A DNA stretch of 64,000 nucleotides from Mantamonas sphyraenae STR306 (Eukaryota; Protista; CRuMs): assembly GCA_026936335.1 (NCBI GenBank), contig JAPMXV010000044.1, forward strand, positions 1-64,000, in the 5' to 3' direction. Numbering within the stretch: the first letter of the stretch is position 1; each line of letters starts with the position of its first letter. The notes beneath the pieces are model-generated. The model did not search any database and was not told the origin of the DNA. It was given only the letters and a program-made list of their open reading frames with translations. Shown one piece after another: positions 32,139-45,100 of this stretch. The translations under genes and the position numbers were made by a program.

Positions 32139-33418
32139 GTGGCGACAATTCAAGCAACTGTGACCGAGCATTGGATTCCCATTGCAGTGACCCTTGCCGT
32201 GCTCATTGCTGCCTTCCTCTTCCGCGGCTCTGGCTCCGGCGGCAAGAGCAAGAAGAACGGCGTCATGAGCACCACCGCCTACAAGGCCTTCCCGCTCAAG
32301 GAGAAGATCAGTGTATGTTGCATACACCTCTTATCCCGCTTCCGCCTTGTCTCTCCCCTCACCCTCCCTTGTCTCTTCCCCGATACGGAGATATCCCCGC
32401 GTGGAATACGCCCCGTTGCCCCGGGCCCCTTGCCTTTTTTTGGCCCCTTCTCACGCACCCGCTCACACTGCCTCTCCCCATCCACTGCCCCCGTTATCCA
32501 CCCCCAGGTCAACCACAACACAAACATCTACCGATTCGGCCTGCCCAAGGAAACCGACACCCTGCCCCTGCCCATTGGCCAGCACATCTTCCTCAGGTAC
32601 GCTTTTGCATGTTCTCCAACCACCGCGCCCTTCCAGCCCCTTCCCCCGACCGCCCTCTTCACACAACTCACGTCACTCACACCCTCGCCCCACCTCCTTC
32701 AGCGCCGACCTTGGTCCCAACAACAAGCCCATCTCCCGCCCCTACACCCCCATCAGCAGCGCAGAGACCCAGGGCCACTTTGACCTCCTCATCAAGGTCT
32801 ACCCGCAGGGCAAGATGTCCTCCCACGTTGACAGCCTCCAGATTGGCGACACCATCAACGTCAAGGGTCCCCGGTACGTGTCCTTGCCCCTCCCCGCACA
32901 TCGCCCACCTCCCCGTCCACCAACACCCGTTCCCTCCTCGCCCCTGAATTCTGACACGTCACCACCTCCCCTCCCCGCCCCTCCGCAGTGGTCGCTTCAA
33001 GTACCAGCCCAACCAGTACAAGTTCCTCGGCATGATTGCAGGTGGCACCGGTCTCACTCCCATGTACCAGATCATCACCGCCGCCCTCAAGGACCCCAGC
33101 GACAGCACCCGCCTCAGCCTCATCTTTGCCAACGTTGCCGAAGAGGACATTCTCCTCAAGGAAGAGCTCGATACCCTCGCCAAGCAGTACCCGGAGCAGT
33201 TTTCCGTCTTTTACTGCCTCCAGGACGCCCCCGAGGGCTGGACCGACGGCGTCGGCTTTGTCAACCAAGACATGATCAAGCAGAACATGGACGCGCCTGG
33301 CGACGGCGTCATGATCACTCTCTGTGGTCCGCCTCCCATGACCGATGCCATGACCAAGCACCTCGAGGCTCTCGGCTATGACACCGACCGCAAGAACGGC
33401 CAGGTCTTCAAGTTCTGA
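32139..33418 (+). CDS. NADH-cytochrome b5 reductase, spliced (start approximate)
   Basis: N-terminal TM anchor, YRFGLP...[46 protein letters not shown]. Confidence 0.92.
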
Positions 33419-33529
33419 GCCGTTCCCTGCCCGCACGCCACACACAAAATGATGCCTGGACTCTTCCCATCAGATGATGACGTGCACACATCACCAAAGA
33501 AAATTCCATTTGCCCTTCCGCACATCCCC

Positions 33530-35621
33530 TCAATGTCCGCTCGTCTCCTCGCATTCTTCAACCGCAGCCAACTCTTCCGTTTGCGACGCGTGCAAACCAC
33601 CCTTGACGCCTCCTCCACCTCCATGCTGCACCTGTGCTGCAAACTGCGCCTTCAGCGAGTTCATCAACAGCGCCATCTCCGGCGATGCATTGTCTCCCGT
33701 CAGCTGCATGTCCATTTTGCCTTGCAGCACCATCAGGCCCACCGCCTGAGCCGCCATTGCCAGACCAGGCGTCATTTCCACGCCACCGTTCAGCTGACCT
33801 GCTCCAAGCGCCTCCAGCGCCGTCGCCTTTGCCTTGGCGTTCGCTGCCTCCTCCACGGACGACTTCTTGCCCTCCCCCTCCAAACTCATCCCCATCCCTG
33901 CCCCGTCTTGCATGTCCACTCCATCTTCCCCTTCGTTCCCCTGCTTCTCCTGTTCCACACGCCACGCCTCGTCCGTGCCCACCAGAAACTGCGCGTACGA
34001 GCCTGGCGACCCTCCTGTCTGGTTCGACGCCGGAGACACCTCCCCCATCCCCATCCCGTTGCTGCCTGCCTCTCCCACCCTCTGCCGCTTCGAATTGCTG
34101 CCCACACTCAGCGACAGATCCTCCAGCGCCTCCACACTTCCTCGACCGGCACGTCGCTTCAGCCCTCGAGCCTCCCCACGCACCATCGCGCTGCACGATT
34201 CCCACTCTTCGGGCACCTCCTGCTGAAACTTCCGGTACGTCTGCTCCGTCACACCCAGCCAACGGAAAGCTGGCTTGCGAAACGAGCTGTGCACCTTCTC
34301 CAGCATCGTCAGCGACGACAGGATGTTGGCCACGTCGTACAGCCGCCTGATCTTCGTCTTGTGGTTCGTCCCCTCCTGGATCATCGACTTGGCGCACGCG
34401 TCCAGCGTGATTTCGTCCCGCTCGTTCACCAGGAACAGCTGGATGAATCGCTGACACAGCACGTTCAGCGATTTGTTCTTCCTCCCTGCTCCGCTCCGTC
34501 CGCCTCCTCGCTTCCCGCCGCTGCTGTTGCTGCTTGTCGTCTCTTCCATCTCCATCTCATCCTCGTCCGCCTCAGATTCCACAATCAGGAACGCCTTGTC
34601 GTCTTGTTCGCGCTGCCGCTTGCCAGCACTCTCCAATCCGTCCATTGTGCTCGCCAGACGCTCCAACGCATGCCAATTGTACCTGATCGCACACACCGAC
34701 CCTTTCATGTCAGTGCCCCCCGGGAAACCAACCCCCTTTCCCACTCTTTCCTCTCGCCACCCACGTACCGGTTCTTCCCATTTCGCTCCACGATGCCCAG
34801 ACACTCCAACACGTTAATAATATCGTACACTCGACGACGAGTGATGCCTGTGAGCGTCCACGCCCCCTCAATGTCAGCTGCCACCCAATACCCACCCATC
34901 ACACCCCCTTTGCCCTTCCGACATTCCAGAGCTCAGCTTGATTGTCCTCAGACGTTTTCGTCGCGCAACCCGCCGGTCCCCAGGACGGCACGACGCAGCA
35001 CAAACTGCACACGCTACCACACACCACCACGCACAGTCAGACGCGCAAAGGCTCACGCCCTTGCCTCGCCATGTTCCGTGCGATCGTGTGCCCAGCTACG
35101 CGTCACAATTCGCGCTGCCCCGCACGGCGCGCTGCTCTCAGATTAAGAATGACATGTCCTCCTTGCTCGCAACACGCCCACACAGCCTCGTTTCACTTAC
35201 CCAGAGTCTCCGCCGCCTCATCCAGTTCGATGTAGTCGGGCTTCGGGTGTCGCGATGTGTACAGCCGAATGAAGTTTTCACACAGCAGGCCCAGCGACTT
35301 GTTCTTGCGCGAGTATCCTCCCTTTTCGCTACTGCCACCCATGCTGCTCCGTCCGCTGTTCTCGCTGCTGCTTACTCCGCCCTTGCGTCCCTTGCCGCTG
35401 CTTCGGCTCTTGCTTTTCGACGATTCGCCCGGCGACAGCGACACCAGAGGCATGCGCTTCTTGCGCCCACGCTTCGGTGACTTGTGTGCAACCTTGCCGT
35501 TGTTGCTACCACCTTCCACGCTGTTTGCCCCCTCTGAGTTCTCCTTCTCCAGCTGCTGCGCCGCCTTCAGCACCATCACCAGCCCTTTCTTGCGAGGCGT
35601 GTCCTCAGGCGATGCGGCCAC
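33530..35621 (-). CDS. Atypical E2F (E2F7/8/DEL-like) transcription factor with two DNA-binding domains, spliced
   Basis: SRKNKSLGLLCENF...RRRVYDIINVLECLG and RKNKSLNVLCQRF...KIRRLYDVANILSSL. Start approximate. Confidence 0.9.
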
Positions 35622-36662
35622 GCGACGCTACATTCCGCCGCACACATGCACACCCCATTGTGTCAGCTTACTCCTCAACCTGCTTCCCTTTCTCCTTGAC
35701 CCTCCTTTTCCCCGCCCTGTCCTTTCACACATCCGTCCTTCCAAAACGCGCGCCAAAACTCCCGCTCCCAAACAATTTGAGTTGCCACCCCGCCAAAGCA
35801 ACACTTGGCCCTCCCACTCTTCCGCACGCATGCACACACATCCATGCGCTCCACATCCGCCTTTGCTTCCATCACACCTGCATCCACCCGGCCCCTCGCC
35901 CTCTCCACACGTCCGCGTTGGCTCCTTTGCAAGCGCAGAGGCCGAGCGCGCCAAAACGAAAACTCGCCTCCTGCCTTGACGTGCGCCCGCATGCAATCTC
36001 CGTGCTTGTTCTCCTCCCTCCACATGCAAGTCCATGCATTCAACACCCCACCCTCCACACCATCCATGCACTTTCCCATGCACCCCGCGCCATGACGTTC
36101 GAATTTGTCGCGACGCGCGCCAAAAGTGTCAAATCCGGCGTGCCGTCCACAACCCTATCTCCCACCTCCTCGCCAAGGCCCTCCACAACCGTTGCCATGC
36201 ACACATGCTGCCCGCATGCATACTTCCTACCCTCTCCCATCCTTCCCTTTTTCCAAACACCCGTCTCTCGACGTCATCCCCCTTGCAAAACACCTTGGCG
36301 CGCCAAAAAGCACGCTTGGCGCCAACACCACAGCGTCACCTCTGGCCGTTGCCCACATCCACCAACAAACAGTGCAACCATCCCCATCTAACCGCTTTCC
36401 TTTCTCCACCCCTCCACTCACCCCAGTGCTCTCTCGTTGCGGTGTCTCCATGCTCGGCTCAGGCTGCTTCACGTCACGGGTTGCCTCGACACGCGCCACA
36501 TCCACACTCTCTCCACACACACACATACACATACACACACATCACACACATCACACACATCACACCCACATACACACACACACATCACACTTCATCCTGA
36601 CCATCTCTTCACGCTCCTCTCCACCATCGCCAGCTTGCCCACCACAAAACAACCACATCGTC

Positions 36663-38415
36663 ATGTTTGTTCGTCGGCAACCCGTCAAGCATCTCAAGCG
36701 AGCCTCATCCCACGCCCTCCGCACCTCGGCTTCCACCACCAATGCCACCTCCGTCTCTGCGCGCACTCTCCTCCGCCCGTCCCAGGCTGCTCGCATGACC
36801 ACTTCGATCCGTTCCACCACCGTCCCCACCACCGGCTCCTATGCTCCCCTCGCCTCCCCCTTTGCGTACGTTGCACCCTTTCGCCCCCACCTACAATCGC
36901 TTCCTGCTTCTCCAGTCCTCCCCATTCCTCCTTGCCCTTTCTTCTGGCCAAAACGCCAGACCTCCTTCACGCTCCTCACACCCGCTTCCTTCTTCCGAAC
37001 ACCGCCACCCCCTCCCATGACCACGCAGCGCCCCCGTGGCCACTCATCTGCCTGCAAACATCGTCACTCGATCCTATGCCGTCGGTGATGAGCACGGTAT
37101 GTCCCTACCTTCCGCCCTACCGTCCTCCCCTTGCCTCCGTCCGCCTTTCAATTTCCCCTCTCCTCGTGCCTCCCCGGCCTATCTTCTCACACGTCTGCTC
37201 ACGCCGTGACCCACCCCTTCCCCCCTATCCCCACGCCACTTCCCGCAGTCATCCAGACCCCCAGCATGGGAGAATCCATCACCGAGGCCAGCGTCATGGA
37301 CTTTGATCTCTGTACGTTCACCTCGATTTCGGCGACTTTCCACCCCTCTCTCACACTCTCTCCCTCGCCACCTTTGCGCAGCCGTCGGAGACACCGTCGC
37401 CGTCGACCAAGTTCTCATGGTTCTCGAGTCTGACAAGCAGGAGGTCGACATCAACGCCCCAGTCAACGGCAAGATCACCGAAATCCTCGTCGCCGCAGAC
37501 GACACCGTCGAGGTCGGCCAGCCCCTCATCAAGCTCGAGGAGACCGAAGCCTCCGAAAAGCCCGCCGAGAAGCAGCCAGAAAAGAAGGACGAGCCTGCAA
37601 AGGCCTCTTCTGCTCCCTCCTCCTCCTCCTCCTCTTCCTCCTCCAAACCGGCTTCCTCCTCCAAGCCTGCCGCATCCTCCTCCAAGCCTGCTGCTGCCTC
37701 TGGTTCTCGCTCTCCCGGCAGTGAGACCCGCGTCAAGATGTCCAAGCTGCGCCAGACCGTCGCCAAACGTCTCAAGGACTCTCAGAATACTGCTGCCATG
37801 CTCACCACGTTCCAGGAGTGCGACATGTCCACCATCATGAACGTCCGCAACCAGTACAAGGACGCATTCCTCCAGGAGCACGGCGTCAAGCTCGGATTCA
37901 TGTCTGCGTTTGTCAAGGCCTCCGCACACGCTCTCCAGCGCTCCCCAGCCGTCAACGCTGTCATTGACGGCAACGAGATCGTCTACCGCGACTACGTCGA
38001 CATCAGTGTCGCTGTCGCCACTCCTACCGGTCTTGTTGTTCCCGTCATCCGCAACTGCGAGGACATGAGCTTCGCTGACATTGAAAAGACCATCGGTGAC
38101 ATGGGCGTCCGCGCACGCGACGGAAAGCTTAGCATGGACGAGATGCAAGGTGGCACCTTTACCATCTCCAACGGCGGCGTCTACGGCTCCGTCATGGGCA
38201 CCCCCATCATCAACCCGCCTCAGAGTGCCATCCTCGGCATGCACGGCATCGTCAAGCGACCTGTCGTTGTCAACGACGAGATTGTCATCCGTCCCATGAT
38301 GTACCTTGCCCTCACCTACGACCACCGTCTCATCGACGGCAAGGACGCCGTCACCTTCCTCCGCGACATCAAGCTCTCGGTCGAGGACCCCATGCGTCTC
38401 ATTCTCGAGCTCTAA
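36663..38415 (+). CDS. DLST: 2-oxoglutarate dehydrogenase E2 (dihydrolipoamide succinyltransferase), spliced
   Basis: [14 protein letters not shown] lipoyl site, [23 protein letters not shown]. Confidence 0.95.
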
Positions 38416-38543
38416 TCTTTGTCATCAGCGCTACAGTATGCCCAGCAACGCACAAGAGAACACACAGTACCGCAATGCAGTCCATTGATTTCGCTCTTCA
38501 TTGCCTGACCAGCGCGCTGTGCACAGCCGGCTGACGCCAACAA

Positions 38544-41243
38544 TCATTGCCTGAATTCCTCTCGCAACCGGTATTCCAGCACCATTTCCCCGTCTCGCCC
38601 TCGCCAGATGTGGTCTCGGATCGTCAGCAGCGTCATGTTTACATCTGTGAGCACTTTCTCGTTGCACACCATCTCTAGGTACTCCTCTGGAGCCAGCGTC
38701 CGAGACAGCCCCTTGTTCTCGCTGATCGCCTCCAAGTCCAGCTCCAGCCGGTCCACAACGTACGCAATCACCTTGTGCAGACGCAACACCTTGTTTGCGT
38801 TCAGTTTCACCTCCGGAAGCTCGTCCATCTCGTCGAAATCGTACGGCTGCACGTCAAACATAAACTTGATGTTCTTTCGCGCAGGCAGTTGGTTCGCAAA
38901 CACATAGTCCATCACCCAGTGTGGCAGCGCATACTCGGGTGCTTTGTCCATGTGCCGCACGCTCGTCCGAAACGTCACTGTGCCCTTGGGCTCGTCGTAT
39001 ATCACGACCTCCGTCCGCGGATCCACTTCAAATGCCAGCGGCTTCTCCTCTTCTCCCTCGTCCGCCTCCTCATCCTCTTCATCCGCCTCCTCGCCCTCCT
39101 CCAAATCCATGTCGTCTTCGTACTCCTCCCGCCCCTCCTTCCGCCGCTGTCGCATTGCCGCGCGCTCAGCCCGTTGACGCTCGCGGTACGCCTGCTTCCA
39201 TGGGAGAAACAGCGCACGCAGGACCTGCATGCCGAGATTCACTTTCACTTCACTCTCATACGACGTCACTTCGCAGTCACCTGCGTATTGGTCTGCCGAG
39301 AAGCAGTGAGGAAAGTCCAGGCGGATTGTCAGCCCTCCGCTTGTCGTGTCCACCGAAAACCAGCTGGGCACAGACACAACCTGCTTGCACGCGTCAAACA
39401 CCTCGTCAAAGTTTCTTTCGCCGTAATCTTGCACCATGGCCGCTGTGGTGATGTTCCACCGACACACGCGGCCTGCACGATCCTGCGTCAACACATGCCG
39501 CCTGTCATTCAGGATTTCGTACCGAACGATACCTGCCGTGCTTTCGATGTGACCCTTCCACTCTTCGCTTCGCAGCACCGGGTCCACCGGGGCTCCGTTG
39601 ATTGTGCTTGGCGCAGGAGCCACCTCCCTTCCTCCGCCCACCAATTGCTTCTTTGGCTCATACTCGGCATCGCTCACCACGTCTTCTGTGTCCAACCAGT
39701 TGGCTTTGATCAGATCACTGTTCAATCCCCAGCTTCTGACGTGTCCGCTGAACGTCGACACCCACAGCGTGTCTGCCGCAGCCGTTGGCTGCACGCTCAG
39801 CACCGCCTCGTCCTCTTGGCACAACAGCACGCTCTTGCGCGCTTCCAAGTCGGTCACAAACACAGAGCCGGCGCGGCACGCCGTGTACGCCTGTGTAAAA
39901 TCCTCGTTTGTCGCAACTGCCCACACCGAGTCGCTGTGCTGCGCAAACGTCGCCACACACTTCCGCATGCCAACGTCCCACAGTTTCACCGTGCCATCCG
40001 ATGATCCAGAGATACACAAGGTGCCGTCACGGTTCATGCGTACTGTCTTGACGTTCTCCGTGTGTCCGCGTAGCTTCAGAATCTTCTCTCCCGTGCGTGC
40101 ATCCCACACCCGAAGGCACTTCTCTGTCGAGCCAGAGACAAGCGTGTTGCCATCGTACGACATGTCCAAGCTGTAAATGGAAAAGTCGCTCGATTTGCAC
40201 TCCGCTGTGCGATCCTCGACGTATCGACGTGTCAGTACAAACAGGATGTAAAACCCACGACACCACACCTTGCTGAGCTTACCCAGTGGGATCAGTTCGC
40301 TGCTTGCCATTTGTGCCTCTACATCCCACACAAAGATGCTGGCGTCGAGACCTGAGAGTGTGCGTGTGCGTGTGTGCGCACGGATCAGCGTTCTGTGCTT
40401 CCTCACCCCACCCTACCTTTCTCTCCGGCCACCGTACCTGCCGACGCCACGTGATCCGTGAAAGGAGAGTGTGCCAGTGCTTGTACATAGTCTGTGTGCC
40501 ATCGATTACGCGGGTGCAGATGTCATGGGGCGTGTCGTACGCTGGTGTAAGCGCCTTGCTCGCCGCTTGCTTCCGCTCACCTCTGTTCTTTTGCCCGCCT
40601 ACCTGAGTGCCTGCACAGAGACGCACGACTCATCAACGTTTCAGCCGACCATACAATAATCGACTTGTCTGACGAGCATGAGAGCACTGTAGTACATAGG
40701 ACGACGCCATCACCGCGCACGAGCAGGTGTTAGTCGTCCCCTCCGGTGTGGGAAACCACTTCCCACTCCCCGCGTCCTCACACGAAACAACCGCACAGTC
40801 ACCCACTCACCTGTGTTTTGATCGTTCAGCAGCACAAGGTCGTTGACCCACTGCGTGTGGTAGCGCATAGACCCCTGAAGCGACGGATGCCGCTGAACCA
40901 GACGGGTCACGTGTTAGTCTCGACATGGTTGCGCATGTCATCCACAACCACTCCCTGCTTACCTCGTCAAGATTTGTCCACGCTCGGATAACCCCATCTC
41001 GGCCCGCTGTAAAGAGACGCGAGTTGTCCGCGTCCAAGCACAGTGCATTGACTCCCGACTGCACAAAACACACCACGCGCGTGTCAGTCCATGGGCTCCC
41101 TGACCCATCCCGCTCGTTCCACACCTTTCCCGTGCGCCTACCTTGTGTCTGTCCTCCCCGTCCTCGGGGATGTTGTAACACACTCGCGGTGTCTTTTTGC
41201 TTTTCGACATCGACTTCTTCTGGGCTCCATCGCGCATCGGCAT
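38544..41243 (-). CDS. WDR48: WDR48/UAF1-like WD40 protein, spliced
   Basis: SGVNAL...LFTAGRDG, HTQWVNDLV, HDDYV-like exon, KLRGHTENVK, ILNDRRHVLT, VPSWFSVD, MTLLTIRDHIW. Confidence 0.88.
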
Positions 41244-41354
41244 TCATTCATTCCTGTCACTGCATTGTTCAGACGCACTCATCACTCCAGCTGGAAACCG
41301 GATTGCACCAGGTGCAGCAGCGGAAGGAACAACTCCTCCTCCTTCATCTCGGTG
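40915..41354. repeat. Left copy of the long direct duplication flanking element 3
   Basis: 40931-41354 matches 48063-48486 (424 bp; no differences seen by eye). TAGTCTCGAC at 40915 also matches 48036. Confidence 0.95.
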
Positions 41355-42145
41355 CAGGCCGTTCGAGTCAAGTTGAGCCTTGCGCCGCAATCCCCCTCGC
41401 TGCCCATGTGACGATTGCTCGCTACGGTTTGGCAAGCCATTGGTTTGCACACTACAATGCCCTTCCGTATTGATTGTGTCTTTGCTAGTGCCCTCGCGTA
41501 AGCAATGTTTGCCCCTCCAGAATGAACCTTTGGCGACACGAAGCGTACAGCGTGAATTAAGAGTTGAGCTAGCGAGAGCGACGCACCACACTGTGGTACA
41601 TGCATGCAAGGTGGACTCAGGCTGGAGTGGGGAAGAAGCACAGCATGGCATGCGCAGTGTGCAGCCAACCATGAGTCCATCTCCCCCACACCTTCCCACT
41701 TTCCCACCAACTCGAAACGGAAGCATGTATTCACCGTGGAATACTTTGTACTGGGAGTGATGCTGCCCGTTCTGTACAATACTGGATCAGCTCCTGGCCA
41801 TGCTCGCTTAGGCTACACAAATGCCCACGAAATCGGGAGCGGAACACGCCGCAGCTTGTGGTCTGTTGAAAGATGTATGGAGGATTTGTCAAACACTATG
41901 TGTCAGTGGCTCGGTTTGTGTGCTTGTGCGTCTCCTTGTGCATGTGTGTGCGCAGTTCAGGCGCGTGCGCGCGATGGGATTGTGCTTGAGCAACGTGCAG
42001 GCCTCCACGCTGCTGCCAGGGCGCTCGCTGTTGCTTATTTGCAGACAAGTTACCCAGCCAAACAGAAGAAGGAACGGAACATCGCAGCCGAGCCTGGACA
42101 CAAGCAAAACCTTGCACCCGCCTGCTCCTGCCTGCTGTCGCACGG

Positions 42146-45100
42146 ATGTCTGTTGCATCTTTTGCGACGGAGCACGACAGCTCTGACCAGCAGGCGGGTG
42201 GGTTGTACGTCCCAAAGGACGCACCCACGTTTGTGGCCACGACCAAGAACGACGGGATTGTCCTCTTCGACCGCCACTGCACCATGGCGCTCGCGGCGCA
42301 CTATGGCAACTGTGAGTGGAAAGAAGGCAGCAAGGGCAAGAGTAGACTACGCAATGAAGTGAAGAATGCGGGTGGTCAGGTGTTATTGCATACTACGCGT
42401 ACAAAACGGACAAAGAAAGGAAAGGAAAAGCCGCTGGTGGACGCAAAGGCTAGGATCAAGGCCATTCGTGCCGCCCACACCGTAAACAAGAGGGGTGGAG
42501 ACCATCCAGGGGCACGACCAAAGACATACATGGATGCAGCTGGGCGTAGTAAGTGTCGAGTGTGGTTGTACCTCGTCAATCGTGCGGTTCACGCCCATTT
42601 TTCTGACACACTTTTTCTCGTGATCACCCCACCCACACTTTTTTCGTGATCACCTCCCAAAAAAAACGTGCACCTCAGTTGGGCCACAGGCGCTCTTTGG
42701 CAAACGCTTGGGCAAAAAGGGCGGTGAAATCACCGAGAAGGAGGTGAAAGACGCGGTGGAGAAGAGGCTGGAGACGCTTGCGTCGACTGCCGAGTCGGCA
42801 GGCATCGACCTTTGGCTGATCCTCGAGCGACGGCCCCGCAAGGAGTCGCTTCTGAAGGAGTTTGAGCATGTCAAGTGGGCGCACTGGAGGAAACAAATGC
42901 TGAAAGAGGAGTTCGGGCGAGCAGAACAGGAGAGGGTAAGTGCTGGGAGAGGGTTGTGAGGGTTGTGATTCCATGTGTGATTCCATGTGTACTGACCCGG
43001 ACTTTGGTGTACCAGAACGAGATGAGGTACGGCAGCGCAGTGTACTGGGAGTATGTGCGCGACGTGGCAACCAGCTGGTGCGCTGGAAAAGAGTGGATAC
43101 ACGTCCAGGAAAGTGAGGATCGAATTGAAGCGGATGACGTCTTCCACGACCTCTGCGTGGCATCGACGGACGAACGCATCGTTGTTATCTCCGAGGACAG
43201 CGATTTTCTGCGCATGGCACCGCAGGCAAACATCGAAGTGGTGGTCGTGTCATGGGTGTCGGCAAAGACGTTTGTGCTGCCTCAACCTGCGCGGCTAGCC
43301 CTGTGTTTGCTTGCTCTGGCCGGCAACATGGACGACCGCCTGTCCAAGGCTACGCACACGTGCGCTGCTGCGCTACCTACGGTGCGAAAGCTCGTGGGAC
43401 TGAGGCACGTGGGAGCTGCCGACGACTTTGAGGTGATTGATCTCAAAAACGAGCCTGCAGAGGCGCTCTTTGCGGCACTTCTGCGCACGTGTGATGCGTT
43501 CAAACGGGCGGTGCAGGAAGATCGCGATGGGTACAAGCGTGAGTGGAGCCGTGGCTTGGTTTTACACCGCCTGGATGGCCACCAGGCGCTGGATGGCGAG
43601 CATGCCATGCTCCAGTACACCAAGGAAGGCGAGTGGGCAGCGTTTGATGCGACCATGAGAAGTGGCTCCAGCGCAGAGCAGCGACTGCGCCTGCACGCGA
43701 GTCAACTGGCTGCCGTGTTCACGGACATGCCTTTGGTTGCACTCGACGATGTCGAACTCACCGCCATTCTGGAGGCCTCCACGTACGCCTATCACACGAC
43801 AAAAGACGGCAGTGTGGTGCTGAGCAGGGATGGTCGATTGCATGTTGTGTTGGCAAGCCAGGCTACCCATGGCCGGCCGACTCTTCCTGCACCCGTCCGC
43901 ACCGGCCATCGCAACAGTGTGTACGATGACGCAAGGGCGATGGCTATGGTGTGCGTCGTGTGCGCTGCCGCCGCGGCGTCTGGTGTGCCCACACAAACCG
44001 CGCGGGAGTGGAAAGACGTGGCAAAGGCGGCAGAGGCACGGATTTGCAAAGCCAACCTGTTGCAGCGGCTCCGGGAGAGCTTGATGGCCGTCATGCAGGC
44101 GCTAAAGGATGATAAGAAGGAAGAAGTTGTGCGTGCGTGCGCGACTGCAGTTGTGAGCACCACAGCCACGTTTGGAGTGGTCGACACCGAAGCCGCTGCG
44201 CTCGTCCGGGACATGGCCAACAGCGACGGTGAGGGCATGGCAGAGCGTGTGGCTGATTTTTGCAACCAATACGGCATGCAGGACGAGCCCTTGCAGGACG
44301 AGGATGCGAAGAAAGAGGCCGAGGAGGTGGCAGGCAAGGCGATCCTGGACCATGAGCGGCGTGCTCGGCCTGTGTACATCGCGGCAGGTGTCCCGCTGGT
44401 GAAAGCGCTCTCTGTGGACCATGTGGACCAGGAGGTGTCACAGGAACGAACTGCATCCACAGCGGAGGAGGTTGACGAGGTGGTGGCCGCCGAGTTCATC
44501 ATTGCGTCGAAGCAAATCGTGAGTTCCAAGAACGAGGTGGATAGGGCATGGTTGAGGTATGTTGGACTCATCAAGTCGGCCAAGGCACACCAGGCTGTGT
44601 TCACCGACTATCTAACTGCAGCGGAGGCAATGCGAGCAACGGCATGCACAGACGAAGGGACAATTGAGGTTGTGGGCAGCGAGCAAAGTGACCATGCGGT
44701 GGCCGTCGCGCGCGGCTTCTTGGACATGTTTGTAGAGTGGAACAACAACCAAGATGACGTCAAACCGGGGAATGGCAGCCAGAGCGAATGGGTACTGGAT
44801 GAGGATGAGATTGTGAATTTCGACGAGCTCACGGACGAGGAGCTGCTCCTTGAGGGCGAGCAGCGCTACCTGGAGCGTGAGCACGAGTTGGATCAGGCCA
44901 TTCGACAACGTGCCGGCCTGAAACGGAAGGTTGCAGGGTTTGGCGCGGACATCGAGGAAGCAGAGGCAGCCCTGCTTGTGAACGACAAGGGCAAAGAGGC
45001 GCTGTCGCTTGCGCAAGAGGCGTACGCATGGCTTATGTCCTGTTTTCATGCACTCCTGCATGACCATCTGGAGGATGCTCTGCTGTTCAAGCAAGCGGCT

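Noticed and set aside
35622-36662. ORFs in the E2F-DLST divergent gap, including a CA-rich tract
   Set aside because: Low-complexity translations with no motifs; probably promoter, UTR or intron sequence.
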